A DNA stretch of 64,000 nt, taken from the IMG/VR virus record IMGVR_UViG_3300014205_000175, positions 138,827-202,826 of that record; one strand, written 5' to 3'. The notes beneath the pieces are model-generated. The model saw only the letters and a program-made list of their open reading frames with translations, searched no databases and was not told the DNA's origin. This document shows positions 1-9,253 of the stretch, one piece after another; position 1 is the first letter of the stretch, and every line of letters begins with the position of its first letter. The translations under genes were made by a program, and so were the position numbers. The DNA is from a virus. Taxonomy: Duplodnaviria; Caudoviricetes.

Positions 1-11
1 AATGGTCCTTC

Positions 12-431
12 ATGGCCGAGAGTTTCCACGAACTCTTCCAGCGCCAGCAACGTGAGCAAGAACTCTTCCGCTTGGCGCGTCATAACGGCGTTAGTTACAT
101 GCGCGCCTATGCGCACGCGCAAGGAGCGACGATCTGTCGCATCAAACAAGAAGCGCAAGATATCAGCCACAAGCATCTCAACGAATACTGGTCAAAGCGC
201 CTTCAGACGGCAGAAGACACAGGAGACGCTGAGTTCGATGAGTTCCGGCGCTGGGTACGCAATCACGACTGGTACTACGACTACTCAGACGACATCAACG
301 TGTGGCGCTCTGGTCGCCAGCAAGCCGAGAAGATCCAAGCGGCGATCAAAAAGCATGGTGGCAAGTACCAGGATTTCTACCGCTACATTTGTCAGCAACG
401 CGAGAAAGTCGCAGCCGGCACACCGCTGTAA
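12..431 (+). CDS. Hypothetical protein; paralogue of 614-1096
   Basis: 139-aa ORF followed by terminator hairpins. Shares TAEDTGDxEFDEFRxxVRxHxWxYxxSD...KxGGKYxDxYxYI with the next ORF. Confidence 0.75.
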   Translation: MAESFHELFQRQQREQELFRLARHNGVSYMRAYAHAQGATICRIKQEAQDISHKHLNEYWSKRLQTAEDTGDAEFDEFRRWVRNHDWYYDYSDDINVWRSGRQQAEKIQAAIKKHGGKYQDFYRYICQQREKVAAGTPL

Positions 432-444
432 ACATACCCCTAGA

Positions 445-527
445 CCCCTCCGTGCGGAGGGGTTTTTCTTTACCCAGCGCTTCTCCCCGTCCTTTCCGTA
501 ACAGGAGAGGACGGGGATTCTTTTTTT
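445..527 (+). terminator. Two tandem intrinsic terminators
   Basis: CCCCTCC/GGAGGGG plus T-run (445-470) and TCCCCGTCC...GGACGGGGA plus T7 (484-527). Confidence 0.8.
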
Positions 528-613
528 AAAATAAAAACTAACCCACTCATATAACGTGAGGGTAGTCGCTAATTAAATGTTTTTTATTAACCCTCCGGCC
601 GGGAAATATATCT

Positions 614-1096
614 ATGAACAATATCGCTTTCTCTTCTGATCCTCGCGTAGCACTTAAACAATACACTGACGTCATGCATCGCCATGAGTGGTCTTTTATG
701 ACTACCGAGCCTAATGAAGTAGGTCGTCGTCATACCAAAGAACAAAGCCTACTGCTGGCAGCGCATCGTCACGGACCGAAGTTCATGGCGATCTATGTGC
801 GCTGGCAACAGTACGCGATCGGTCAGATCAAGGCTGAAGCCGAACGTCGTGCCCAGCGCGTAGCGACAGTGCACTGGGAAGAACAGGTGCGTACCGCTGA
901 AGACACCGGCGACTTGGAGTTCGACGAGTTTCGTAAACTCGTACGCAGTCACAACTGGAGCTACGCGAATTCCGACAATCATCAAGAACGAATTCGAGGT
1001 AAGAAATCACACACTCTTCTTCAGATGATCATCGCTAAACAAGGAGGCAAATATCTCGACTACTACAACTACATCGCTGATCAACACCAATATTAA
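614..1096 (+). CDS. Hypothetical protein; paralogue of 12-431
   Basis: 160-aa ORF. Its C-terminal ~70 aa align with 12-431, and the N-terminal half looks like a diverged second copy (HRHEWSF...HGPKF). Confidence 0.75.
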   Translation: MNNIAFSSDPRVALKQYTDVMHRHEWSFMTTEPNEVGRRHTKEQSLLLAAHRHGPKFMAIYVRWQQYAIGQIKAEAERRAQRVATVHWEEQVRTAEDTGDLEFDEFRKLVRSHNWSYANSDNHQERIRGKKSHTLLQMIIAKQGGKYLDYYNYIADQHQY

Positions 1097-1120
1097 ATAT
1101 GGTTACCAGAAGGGTTAATC

Positions 1121-1423
1121 ATGCGCTCTCAGAACCGTATTCGTAAACTCATCACTGTGATTGAATGGGTTATGGAGCGGGTCGATCTAACTCGCTTCAA
1201 GCTCAGAATCTATCGCAACGAGTCACACAATACTACCCGTATCGAAGTGTGGAGTCTATCTGAGCGCGCTATTTACATGGAGTGGATGGTGGAGTGGTAC
1301 GGTACATTTGACGAACATATCGAGCTAGACGATCGACTGTGTCGGCCTGAGCTTTTGTTTGACGAGCAAAAAAATACAAGCTTGCCTAATAAAATAGCAG
1401 AGACATCATTCGACAGAGTGTAA
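1121..1423 (+). CDS. Hypothetical protein
   Basis: 100-aa ORF with a purine-rich RBS, co-oriented with neighbours. Confidence 0.6.
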   Translation: MRSQNRIRKLITVIEWVMERVDLTRFKLRIYRNESHNTTRIEVWSLSERAIYMEWMVEWYGTFDEHIELDDRLCRPELLFDEQKNTSLPNKIAETSFDRV

Positions 1424-1526
1424 AACCTCTAAGATGCATAGTAGCGTTCATCTAAGAAACATGCCGATAGTGAGGGTAGGTTTCCTCTCTTAAGACATGT
1501 TTCTTTTTTTCTAAGGAAAAGGACCG

Positions 1527-1922
1527 ATGATACATGTTAGGGCTATGATCCGAGGCATCAATTACAATACCGAGATATCAAATCTAATCCATGCCGTCGA
1601 CGGTAGTGTTAATCAAGAGCTATACTACACTATCACTAAGAGATTTTTTCTCGTGCAGCGTGATGAATATTCGAGCAGCTCTGATACCATTGTTCCTTTG
1701 ACTGAAATAGAAGCACACGAGTGGTTGTTTAAACATGCACGATGCAAGCTAGCTGAGCTGCTACGCTCTAGTCGTGGCACTTCGGGTACTACGATGCGCA
1801 TGAAAAAAGAATACAAAGACGCGCTGCAACTGATGGCGCTGCTAGAGCAAACCTCAATGAACGCTTTTTGTACACGAATATTGAATAAAGCGGCTGAAGA
1901 GTTCATTCAAAGCTTAAAATGA
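1527..1922 (+). CDS. Protein with a C-terminal ribbon-helix-helix-like DNA-binding domain
   Basis: C-terminal TTMRMKKEYKDALQLMALLEQTSMNAFCTRIL fits the HicB/Arc-type RHH pattern. RBS AAGGA. Confidence 0.55.
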   Translation: MIHVRAMIRGINYNTEISNLIHAVDGSVNQELYYTITKRFFLVQRDEYSSSSDTIVPLTEIEAHEWLFKHARCKLAELLRSSRGTSGTTMRMKKEYKDALQLMALLEQTSMNAFCTRILNKAAEEFIQSLK

Positions 1923-1927
1923 ATCAG

Positions 1928-1960
1928 GTGCAGAGAGCTGCGGCTCTCTGCACACTTTTT
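1928..1960 (+). terminator. Intrinsic terminator
   Basis: GTGCAGAGAGC-TGCG-GCTCTCTGCAC followed by a T-run. Confidence 0.75.
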
Positions 1961-2006
1961 CTGCTAACGTCCAATATAGTGGTCAATACTAACACGGATT
2001 AACAAC

Positions 2007-2540
2007 ATGAATACCGAATATGCAACGTATCAAAATGGCCTTAAGTTCCGTCACCGAGTAGAGACTTACGCGATGCAAGGTTCGTCCATTTTGGCGATCT
2101 CTAAAGGAGCGCGCAGTCTACCTGAGATGCCCGGTGGTGGACTCGATGCAGGTGAGAGCATCGAAGTCGCCGGTCTCAGAGAGCTGATGGAAGAAGCTGG
2201 CTGGGCGGGTACTAATCCACGACAGGTAGAAATGGATGGGTCGTGGGTGTGTGATGTGACCAACGATCTGTGGTTAGCCGAAGCGGGCTGGTCCCGTGAG
2301 GTGCAGTATGCCGTAGCGTGCGAAGTGACTGGTTTCGCACCGACGGCACAGTACGGTTCAGAGAACGACCACCTTACGTTCACGCTATTGCCGGCGGAAA
2401 AAGTATTCGATGAGACGCATGCGTTTTTGTTCCATACCGCTAATACCCCGCGTAAAATCTTGCAAGCACAATTCCGACTTCGCGTGTTAGAGATTTTGTT
2501 TCCGGAGCTGGTACGTCCGCACGTTTTTAAACAATGGTGA
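2007..2540 (+). CDS. Nudix hydrolase
   Basis: Nudix box GGGLDAGESIEVAGLRELMEEAG. Confidence 0.9.
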   Translation: MNTEYATYQNGLKFRHRVETYAMQGSSILAISKGARSLPEMPGGGLDAGESIEVAGLRELMEEAGWAGTNPRQVEMDGSWVCDVTNDLWLAEAGWSREVQYAVACEVTGFAPTAQYGSENDHLTFTLLPAEKVFDETHAFLFHTANTPRKILQAQFRLRVLEILFPELVRPHVFKQW

Positions 2541-2553
2541 ATTAAAAAATAAA

Positions 2554-2973
2554 ATGCCTCAAGAAGAAATCATAAGACCTGAGGGTGGTGAAAGTGATTT
2601 TGCCAATGCCGTGACCGGACATATCGTGGCTGGTACTGATGTCATCGCTCGTGGCATGTATCGACAAAAATACTACGTCGTCACGCGCGACGGTAAAGTA
2701 GTGTTCAAACCGAAGATCGCGACTTATGTTTTCGACATCTATAACCTCCTCATTCCAGCTGAGGTCGTAGAAGTGTCGGTGTGGAACAAACACCTGCTCG
2801 ATCGTAAGGGTTCAATCAGACTGAGTGTTAATCACAAACTAAAACTCATTCGTGATTTTACCCTCAGCGCGGCAGCCGGTAAAATCGATCTGATGGCCGG
2901 CACTGAGTTACAGTTAAAAAACATCGCGTTTGCTGCACGTATTTTTTCGTTGGCAGTGTTCTTGCCTGATTGA
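2554..2973 (+). CDS. Hypothetical protein
   Basis: 139-aa ORF directly after the Nudix gene. Confidence 0.6.
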   Translation: MPQEEIIRPEGGESDFANAVTGHIVAGTDVIARGMYRQKYYVVTRDGKVVFKPKIATYVFDIYNLLIPAEVVEVSVWNKHLLDRKGSIRLSVNHKLKLIRDFTLSAAAGKIDLMAGTELQLKNIAFAARIFSLAVFLPD

Positions 2974-3007
2974 GTCTTTGCTGCATCATACCTGATACAG
3001 CTATAGC

Positions 3008-3024
3008 TACATATTTAGTACTTG
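3008..3024 (+). promoter_or_regulatory. Candidate early (virion RNAP) promoter, copy 1
   Basis: TACATATTTAGTACTTG, a near match to the 17-mers at 8225, 21438, 40491 and 54787. Lies upstream of the nvRNAP subunit. Confidence 0.55.
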
Positions 3025-3202
3025 AGAAGGGTAGCAGTTTTTAGACACGACATCTTCTCCGAGCTCATAGGCTTGGAGAAGATGTTAAAAATCACGAGAG
3101 GAGTGTCATATAGTATATAGCGTGTAATTTTTAGGTTCATGAGTTATCGGATGGCTGTAGGTACGAATCAGCCCTTTAATACTAACAAAGCAAGGAGATG
3201 AA

Positions 3203-5245
3203 ATGCATCTAGCGAGAGATCTATTAAAATATACCACCGAACAACTATGGGCTAATCTAACTCCGGGAAGATGTCGCGTGACTTTCGACGATGGCGAAAT
3301 CATCGAGACCAATGATCGGGAGATTTTGTTCTCGTCGTACTGCTGGGAGTTTCATCGCCAGTACCCCGATACCCCGCTGCTCAAAAAGCATCACTTGCAG
3401 GAGGTGTTGCGCGGCAGGTCGTTCAACGATAGCTCTCACTATAAGCTACTGGAGATCATTTACTGGGATGTCGCAGCTGTCTATCACCTGCATACGCCGG
3501 CAGCGCGTGATCACATTACACGGCTGGTCTACCAGATCACAAACACTATCTATAACGATCTCACTCATCGCTTAGAAGAATACGTGGTGTCGCTGGACAT
3601 TCTGGACTTTTTGGAGGCAGCCGATAGCCCTAATATTAGTGCGGCCTTGGACGCCATGCAACCCAACCCCAAATCGATCGAGCATACTTATGAAGTGATC
3701 GGTGAGGAGCTAGGTAAGAGCGCTACGCTGGCACATAACGCACTAGCGCTTTTTACGCGCTCTGGGGTAGTCAAACAAAGCCAGGTGTTGCAGTGCATCG
3801 GTCCGCGTGGTTATGTCACTGAAGTCGATGGCAGTCACATGGAGGTGCCGATTCTACGTAGCTTCACCAAAGGCATGCGTAGTTTATATAACATGGCGTT
3901 AGAGTCGCGGGCTGCTAGTAAGAGTCTGTATTTCTCCGAGGCACCGCTACAAGACAGCGAATACTTCTCCCGTAAACTGCAGCTCATGACGATGGCAGTG
4001 GAATATCTCGAACGAGGCCCGATTGCGGCTCCGGGGGAAAACACCATGGGCATCGCACTGGGTAACTGCTGCAGCACTGATTATCTCGTGTGGCGGGTGC
4101 GTGGCGAAGAGCGTGTTAACGATGAAGTCATCTACAAAGGCGATTTGGAGTTTCTCGACGGTAAGTACTACGTTAACGAGACGACGGGATTGCTGGAACG
4201 ACTCAACCGGTCGGACTATCATCTCGTAGGTAAAACCATCAAGCTGCGTACGGTGCTAGGATGCAAACACCATGACAGTCACGGTGTATGTAGTGTGTGC
4301 TTCGGTGGGCTAGGGGATAACATCTCGCCTTATGCCAACTTGGGTCATATTTGTAGCGCGATGATGACGCAGCAGTCTACTCAGTCAGTGCTCTCGACCA
4401 AACACTTAATGACTAGTAGCGTTGTGGAAGCCATTATGCTAACCGATCTGGCACGACGTTTCTTCAAAGTCGGTAGCAAAGGTGATACCTATCTGCTGCT
4501 ACCCGAGTGGCGTAATAAGCCTTTCAAACTTATCGTTTCGTCACAAGAGGCTTATGGTCTTACCGACATTGCTCTAGTCGATAACGTAGTAGACATCAAC
4601 CCATCGCGTATTTCGGCAGTCGAGATCGTTGAAGTGATGGTGGGTACTGATGAAGCCCACGAGCGCCACCCGATCATCGTTTCACATCACAGTCGCAAAG
4701 CGGTTTTCACCAGTGAGCTACTCCAGCATTTAAAGACTTATCACTGGCAGACCGATGGCACTGGTAACTTCGTTATCGATTTTAGCCACTGGGATTATTC
4801 GAAACCTATTCTGCGTTTACCGCAAAAGGAGTATAGCTATGCTAAGCACGCTAGCGAGATCTCGCGTATTGTCGAGTCTCGAGTCAAAGACATCACGATG
4901 CGTAGCAAGCCCGATTCACCCAAAGCCACACTGATGGAGCTCTTCGAGTTGGTGAATTCCAAACTGTCGGTCAACATCGCATGTTTGGAAGTGATCATTT
5001 ACACTGTCATGTGTAAGAACACCACTGACGATAACTACGCGCTGGTGCGTAACGCTGAGAATGCTGGGCTGGGAGTTATTGATCCTATCATCTCTGGACG
5101 GTCGTTGTCAGCAGTCTACGCTTATGAGTCGCAGTACAAAGTCATTCTCGACCCGAAGTCGTTCTTCCCGCAAAACCGTAACGACCATCTGCTCGACGTA
5201 TTTATCGCGCCGGCTGAGGTAGTAGCACACTACAAATCCCGTTAA
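3203..5245 (+). CDS. Non-virion RNA polymerase beta' subunit, C-terminal part (phiKZ gp74-like)
   Basis: QCIGPRGYV, bridge-helix region ESRAASKSL...QDSEYFSRKL, Zn motif LRTVLGC...GVCSVCFG, trigger-loop region QQSTQSVLSTKH. Adjacent to the SF2 helicase as in phiKZ. Confidence 0.9.
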   Translation: MHLARDLLKYTTEQLWANLTPGRCRVTFDDGEIIETNDREILFSSYCWEFHRQYPDTPLLKKHHLQEVLRGRSFNDSSHYKLLEIIYWDVAAVYHLHTPAARDHITRLVYQITNTIYNDLTHRLEEYVVSLDILDFLEAADSPNISAALDAMQPNPKSIEHTYEVIGEELGKSATLAHNALALFTRSGVVKQSQVLQCIGPRGYVTEVDGSHMEVPILRSFTKGMRSLYNMALESRAASKSLYFSEAPLQDSEYFSRKLQLMTMAVEYLERGPIAAPGENTMGIALGNCCSTDYLVWRVRGEERVNDEVIYKGDLEFLDGKYYVNETTGLLERLNRSDYHLVGKTIKLRTVLGCKHHDSHGVCSVCFGGLGDNISPYANLGHICSAMMTQQSTQSVLSTKHLMTSSVVEAIMLTDLARRFFKVGSKGDTYLLLPEWRNKPFKLIVSSQEAYGLTDIALVDNVVDINPSRISAVEIVEVMVGTDEAHERHPIIVSHHSRKAVFTSELLQHLKTYHWQTDGTGNFVIDFSHWDYSKPILRLPQKEYSYAKHASEISRIVESRVKDITMRSKPDSPKATLMELFELVNSKLSVNIACLEVIIYTVMCKNTTDDNYALVRNAENAGLGVIDPIISGRSLSAVYAYESQYKVILDPKSFFPQNRNDHLLDVFIAPAEVVAHYKSR

Positions 5246-5252
5246 CGCATCG

Positions 5253-5288
5253 AACAGCCGCCGGTATAAGGGCGGCTGTTTTTCTTTT
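5253..5288 (+). terminator. Intrinsic terminator or attenuator between the RNAP and helicase genes
   Basis: AACAGCCGCC...GGCGGCTGTT plus a T-run. Confidence 0.6.
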
Positions 5289-5300
5289 AGAGGGGGTCTG

Positions 5301-7649
5301 ATGCCGATCCATATCGAAAAATATAGTCACTTCCTAGTCATCAGAAATCCTCCGAACTGGGTCATTCCATACCTGCACGAGTTTTCTAAGTTGTACACTA
5401 TGAAGACTTTTGTTAAAACACCAGGAGCTAACACTCTAGCACTACAGCCAGGTAAGGTGTTCGCTTCGCGTTACGGCCGAGAGTACAAGCTCCACGCCAA
5501 CCAGCTCGATCACCTCTTAGCGTTTTTTCGTAAACAAGGGATCGATGGCTCGCATTTTAACGTGACTGCCAATACGCCTCCCGAAGGGGTCGATGTCAAT
5601 ATCCCGATTCGCGATGGCTGGGTGTTGAAGGACTACCAAGTCGGAGTGGTCGATTACGTCGCCAGTGATGATGACACTGCCACCAAGCTCGTAGCACTGC
5701 AAACGGGTAAAGGTAAAATGCAGCCCTTGGATGCTAAGATCAAGATTCCGGGCGGCTGGACGACGATGGGGGATGTAAAGGTAGGCGATACAGTCACTGC
5801 TAAAGACGGCACGCCTACTCGGGTGATAGGTGTATTCCCTAATGGCGTGCAACCGATCTACCGGGTAACTTTCGCTGATGGTAGATCTACCGAGTGCGGC
5901 GGTGAACATCTATGGCGGGTTTATTACCTCAGCGCTTCACAGCAGTGGGAGTGCCGAGTTGCCGATACACATGAGGTGACGCGGCTCATCTTAATACCTA
6001 ATTCACGTGTGTATATTGACCTCATCGATGCCGAGGAAGGTACGGACGCGGATCTTCCGGCAGACCCTTATGTAAGAGGGGTTACCCTAGGGGAAAACCA
6101 TGAGGAACCCATACCTGAAATCTACCTAAAGGGATCAAGGTGGCAAAAATTTGCTCTGTTGCAGGGGTTAATGGATACGGACGGAGTAGTTCATCGGTCT
6201 GATTCGATATCTTACACCACTACTCGTTTAAGGCGTGCTCATGCGGTCGCGGATTTAGTCAGGTCTCTGGGCGGGTTTGCTGCTGTAGGTATTGGCTCCA
6301 TTTACCGTTATCGAGACGGTGAGGTTTATTACAAGATAGATATCCGGTACAGAGAACCTAGTGAATTATTTAGGCTCCCGTGGAAAAAAAGTCAGACTGG
6401 TGATTATAACCTCTGCGCTGAGACACTGAAACTTCGCGTAGCTAAGATAGATTACATAGGAGAAAAGGAGGCTCAATGTATCTCGATCGAACATCCTGAG
6501 CATCTGTATGTGACGGACGATTACATCGTTACGCATAATACGTTTTGCTCACTCGCCGCGATCAGTCGTCTGGGTAAGCGTACTGCGGTAGTGATCCTAC
6601 CCACCTATATCGAGAAGTGGTGTAGTGACATCAGTAAGATTCTCAACATCGATGCCAAAGACATCATGGTGGTGCAAGGCTCGTCGCACCTCAAGGGGCT
6701 GATCTCGCTGGCTCAAGACGGTGGTTTCTACAGTCCGTTTGTCATCATCTCGTCCCGCACTCTACAGAACTTCATCACTGGGTTCGAGTCAGAAGATGGT
6801 GAGCAGATCACGGAGGATTACGGTATTCGTCCTGATGAGCTGTGGCCGCTATTGGGTATCGGTACATTATTAATCGATGAGACGCACCAGCACATCCATG
6901 CGATGTTCAAGATGCTCTTACACAGCCACGTCAAACGTCTCATTGGGCTGACGGCCACGCTGATCTCAGATAACTACACCGTGGAGAAGATCCATAAGGT
7001 CATGTACCCGGTCGAAACCCGTTACAACAACCTCGAATTCGATCGCTACATCCACGTCTTCGCTATCAGCTACCCGACTTCTGACATCCGTGCTGCCAAA
7101 CTGCGTACCAGTGAGTGGGGTTCGAACGTTTATTCGCATAACGCCTACGAACGTTCGATTCTTTCCAAACCTCATTTGGCCAGCAACTACCTCAAGATCA
7201 TCGATTACCTAGTACTCACAGGCTATGTCGAAGAACATATGGCAGGCGACAAGCTTGCGATCTTCGCCTCCAGCATCGCGATGTGCGATAAGATCGTAGG
7301 CTATCTCAAATACAAATATCCGCAATACGACATCAGGAGGTACTGCGAAGCTGATCCTTACGAGAACGTTATCGACGCGGACATCCGTGTCACTACGATC
7401 ATCTCTAGCGGCACAGCGATCGATATACCCGGCTTACGCACGGTGATTCTTACCAACAGTATCGCTAGCTCGGTCTCCAACCTACAAGTGTTGGGACGAC
7501 TGCGTAAGCTACCGGATCGGGAAGTCAAGTTCTACTACTTGTATAACGAACACATCCCTAAACAAGTCGACTACCATCGACGCAAGATGGAGCTCATCCG
7601 TGACAAATCCGCATCGATCAAAGAGCTGCGTTCTCCGGTGAGTCTGTAA
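5301..7649 (+). CDS. SF2 (DExH) helicase, phiKZ gp75-like, containing an intein
   Basis: Q motif LKDYQ, Walker A TGKGK[intein]T, Walker B LLIDETH, motif III GLTAT, motif V GTAIDIP, motif VI QVLGRLR. Confidence 0.9.
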   Translation: MPIHIEKYSHFLVIRNPPNWVIPYLHEFSKLYTMKTFVKTPGANTLALQPGKVFASRYGREYKLHANQLDHLLAFFRKQGIDGSHFNVTANTPPEGVDVNIPIRDGWVLKDYQVGVVDYVASDDDTATKLVALQTGKGKMQPLDAKIKIPGGWTTMGDVKVGDTVTAKDGTPTRVIGVFPNGVQPIYRVTFADGRSTECGGEHLWRVYYLSASQQWECRVADTHEVTRLILIPNSRVYIDLIDAEEGTDADLPADPYVRGVTLGENHEEPIPEIYLKGSRWQKFALLQGLMDTDGVVHRSDSISYTTTRLRRAHAVADLVRSLGGFAAVGIGSIYRYRDGEVYYKIDIRYREPSELFRLPWKKSQTGDYNLCAETLKLRVAKIDYIGEKEAQCISIEHPEHLYVTDDYIVTHNTFCSLAAISRLGKRTAVVILPTYIEKWCSDISKILNIDAKDIMVVQGSSHLKGLISLAQDGGFYSPFVIISSRTLQNFITGFESEDGEQITEDYGIRPDELWPLLGIGTLLIDETHQHIHAMFKMLLHSHVKRLIGLTATLISDNYTVEKIHKVMYPVETRYNNLEFDRYIHVFAISYPTSDIRAAKLRTSEWGSNVYSHNAYERSILSKPHLASNYLKIIDYLVLTGYVEEHMAGDKLAIFASSIAMCDKIVGYLKYKYPQYDIRRYCEADPYENVIDADIRVTTIISSGTAIDIPGLRTVILTNSIASSVSNLQVLGRLRKLPDREVKFYYLYNEHIPKQVDYHRRKMELIRDKSASIKELRSPVSL
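5718..6539 (+). mobile_element. Class 3 intein (274 aa, Met1) with a degenerate LAGLIDADG endonuclease
   Basis: Begins MQPLDAKI, block B ECGGEHLW, block F AQCISIE, ends VTHN before the +1 Thr. HEN remnants LLQGLMDTDG and LVRSLGG. Confidence 0.9.
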
Positions 7650-7670
7650 GTAGCATAATATGGACCCACA

Positions 7671-7720
7671 CATCTCCTCTCCCCCGCTAGCCCGTCAGGA
7701 CTAGTGAGGGAGAGGAGGTG
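7671..7720. terminator. Long hairpin between convergent genes
   Basis: CATCTCCTCTCCC...GGGAGAGGAGGTG imperfect inverted repeat. Confidence 0.6.
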
Positions 7721-7727
7721 CATCATA

Positions 7728-8147
7728 TCACTGCCATTTTTTTGGTCCGAAAAGGTTCAGTCCTAGCGCATAGAGATTCGCCAGCCAACTAGGTGATTCA
7801 TATTCGTGCATGAGTTGCTTAAATAGCGCGATACTGTTTTCTTTGGTCATGCCTTGGATCTCGTTACGGTACTGACACAGCGCGTCGTGTACGAGTGTCG
7901 CTTTCATCGTGCTAGGCATGCCTTGAGTGTTGCTCGGACCATCCCAGATACCGAGCCATAGCCCCTTTGGTAGCACCTCCCCCATCGGGATGCGGTACGA
8001 CGGCGTACAGCCATCCCACGCATAGCCTTTGCGAATGAAGATGCGAGCATTCCGAATAATAACCCAATGACTATCGAACGTGACGCCTATCAAATACGGC
8101 GATGTTAGTTCAAAGTCTTCAGCTAGTTTGTAACGCCATTTCGACAT
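7728..8147 (-). CDS. DUF1353-like protein
   Basis: GYAWDGCTP and ATLVHDALCQY motifs. Confidence 0.65.
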   Translation of the reverse strand: MSKWRYKLAEDFELTSPYLIGVTFDSHWVIIRNARIFIRKGYAWDGCTPSYRIPMGEVLPKGLWLGIWDGPSNTQGMPSTMKATLVHDALCQYRNEIQGMTKENSIALFKQLMHEYESPSWLANLYALGLNLFGPKKWQ

Positions 8148-8224
8148 TGTTTCCCCTTGTTTAATAAGACTCCACTAGATGAATAGTGGGTAGAGTTTTA
8201 TCTGGTTTCTGATTTTAACGCAGT

Positions 8225-8241
8225 TACATATATAATACATG
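8225..8241 (+). promoter_or_regulatory. Candidate early promoter, copy 2
   Basis: TACATATATAATACATG heading the 8.3-13.6 kb accessory block. Confidence 0.65.
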
Positions 8242-8304
8242 GATACTAACACTATCGTTGGATCTACGTTAATTCGGCGTTAACTGGATATGGAGATTTT
8301 AATC

Positions 8305-8901
8305 ATGTACTACTGCACTATTGATGACAATGACGTGTTTGTCGAAGTTACCACGCTAGAAATGCAGCTGGCGGCAATAACCGAGTCCCATCGACAGGAG
8401 ACTCTGAAAAGGTTGTGTATTACAGGTGGGGCGTTGGTAGTTCACCTGACCGAAGAAGCTCTGCAGCACATCCAGGTCTCGGGTGTTTTGAATAGTCAGG
8501 CACGCGAGCAGTTTACCGAGGTGAAATCGGGTTACTACATCACCCTCATTGAAGACTTCATGATCGGATTGGAGAAATCGGAAGTCGAGGCTCTTTTTCA
8601 ACATGAGGTAGGACATCTGAAACACGGTATGCCCGAGACTACTGCTGAAAATACGCAGTGTGGCATTTTGATGTCGCTCGAAGATGAACTGGCTGCCGAT
8701 GCTTACGCTGTCCAACAGGTGGGTACTCAAGTAGTGCAGAGCGCACTCATCAAGCTACTGGGTAATCGCTATCGAGTTGCCGAGCAATATGGTTTCCAGC
8801 TACCAGATACGATCGACAATCTCGTGCAGATTGATATGGCAGATCCTTTCATGAAGGTCCGTCTTGAAACCCTGCAGGCTTTGTCTGCTACAGCTCATTG
8901 A
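8305..8901 (+). CDS. Zincin (M48-like) metallopeptidase
   Basis: LFQHEVGHLKH followed by EDELAADAYAV. Start placed at 8305 from the GGAG RBS. Confidence 0.7.
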   Translation: MYYCTIDDNDVFVEVTTLEMQLAAITESHRQETLKRLCITGGALVVHLTEEALQHIQVSGVLNSQAREQFTEVKSGYYITLIEDFMIGLEKSEVEALFQHEVGHLKHGMPETTAENTQCGILMSLEDELAADAYAVQQVGTQVVQSALIKLLGNRYRVAEQYGFQLPDTIDNLVQIDMADPFMKVRLETLQALSATAH

Positions 8902-8913
8902 AAAGGAGCAATC

Positions 8914-9150
8914 ATGAGCTATCTGGATCTGTATCTGCTCTCAGGTATTTTCGTCGGCATAGTAGAAGTTTTCAAACGTCAAGAGATCGCTCAGGAAATC
9001 ATCGCACGGCGTATCAAGCGCGGCATGGTGTCGCCAGAGAGAAGGCTTGAGCTACTAATCAACACCACTATCATCGTCACGGCCATCACCCCGGTGATCA
9101 ATACCTGGACGATGGCTGCCCGTATCATCCGAATCCTGCACGGGAGATAA
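8914..9150 (+). CDS. Small membrane protein
   Basis: 78 aa with two hydrophobic segments. AGGAG RBS. Confidence 0.65.
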   Translation: MSYLDLYLLSGIFVGIVEVFKRQEIAQEIIARRIKRGMVSPERRLELLINTTIIVTAITPVINTWTMAARIIRILHGR

Positions 9151-9155
9151 ATCGT

Positions 9156-9227
9156 ATGTTTTCATCCGAACTGCAAGGCGCTATGTTCGCTTTTGTCGTG
9201 TTTCTCGTCTTACAAGCAGCTGCTTAA
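9156..9227 (+). CDS. Putative 23-aa hydrophobic microprotein
   Basis: MFSSELQGAMFAFVVFLVLQAAA, GGAG upstream, fills the intergenic gap. Too short for the ORF track. Confidence 0.4.
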   Translation: MFSSELQGAMFAFVVFLVLQAAA

Positions 9228-9253
9228 TTCATCCATCACTAGGAGTCTCCGTC

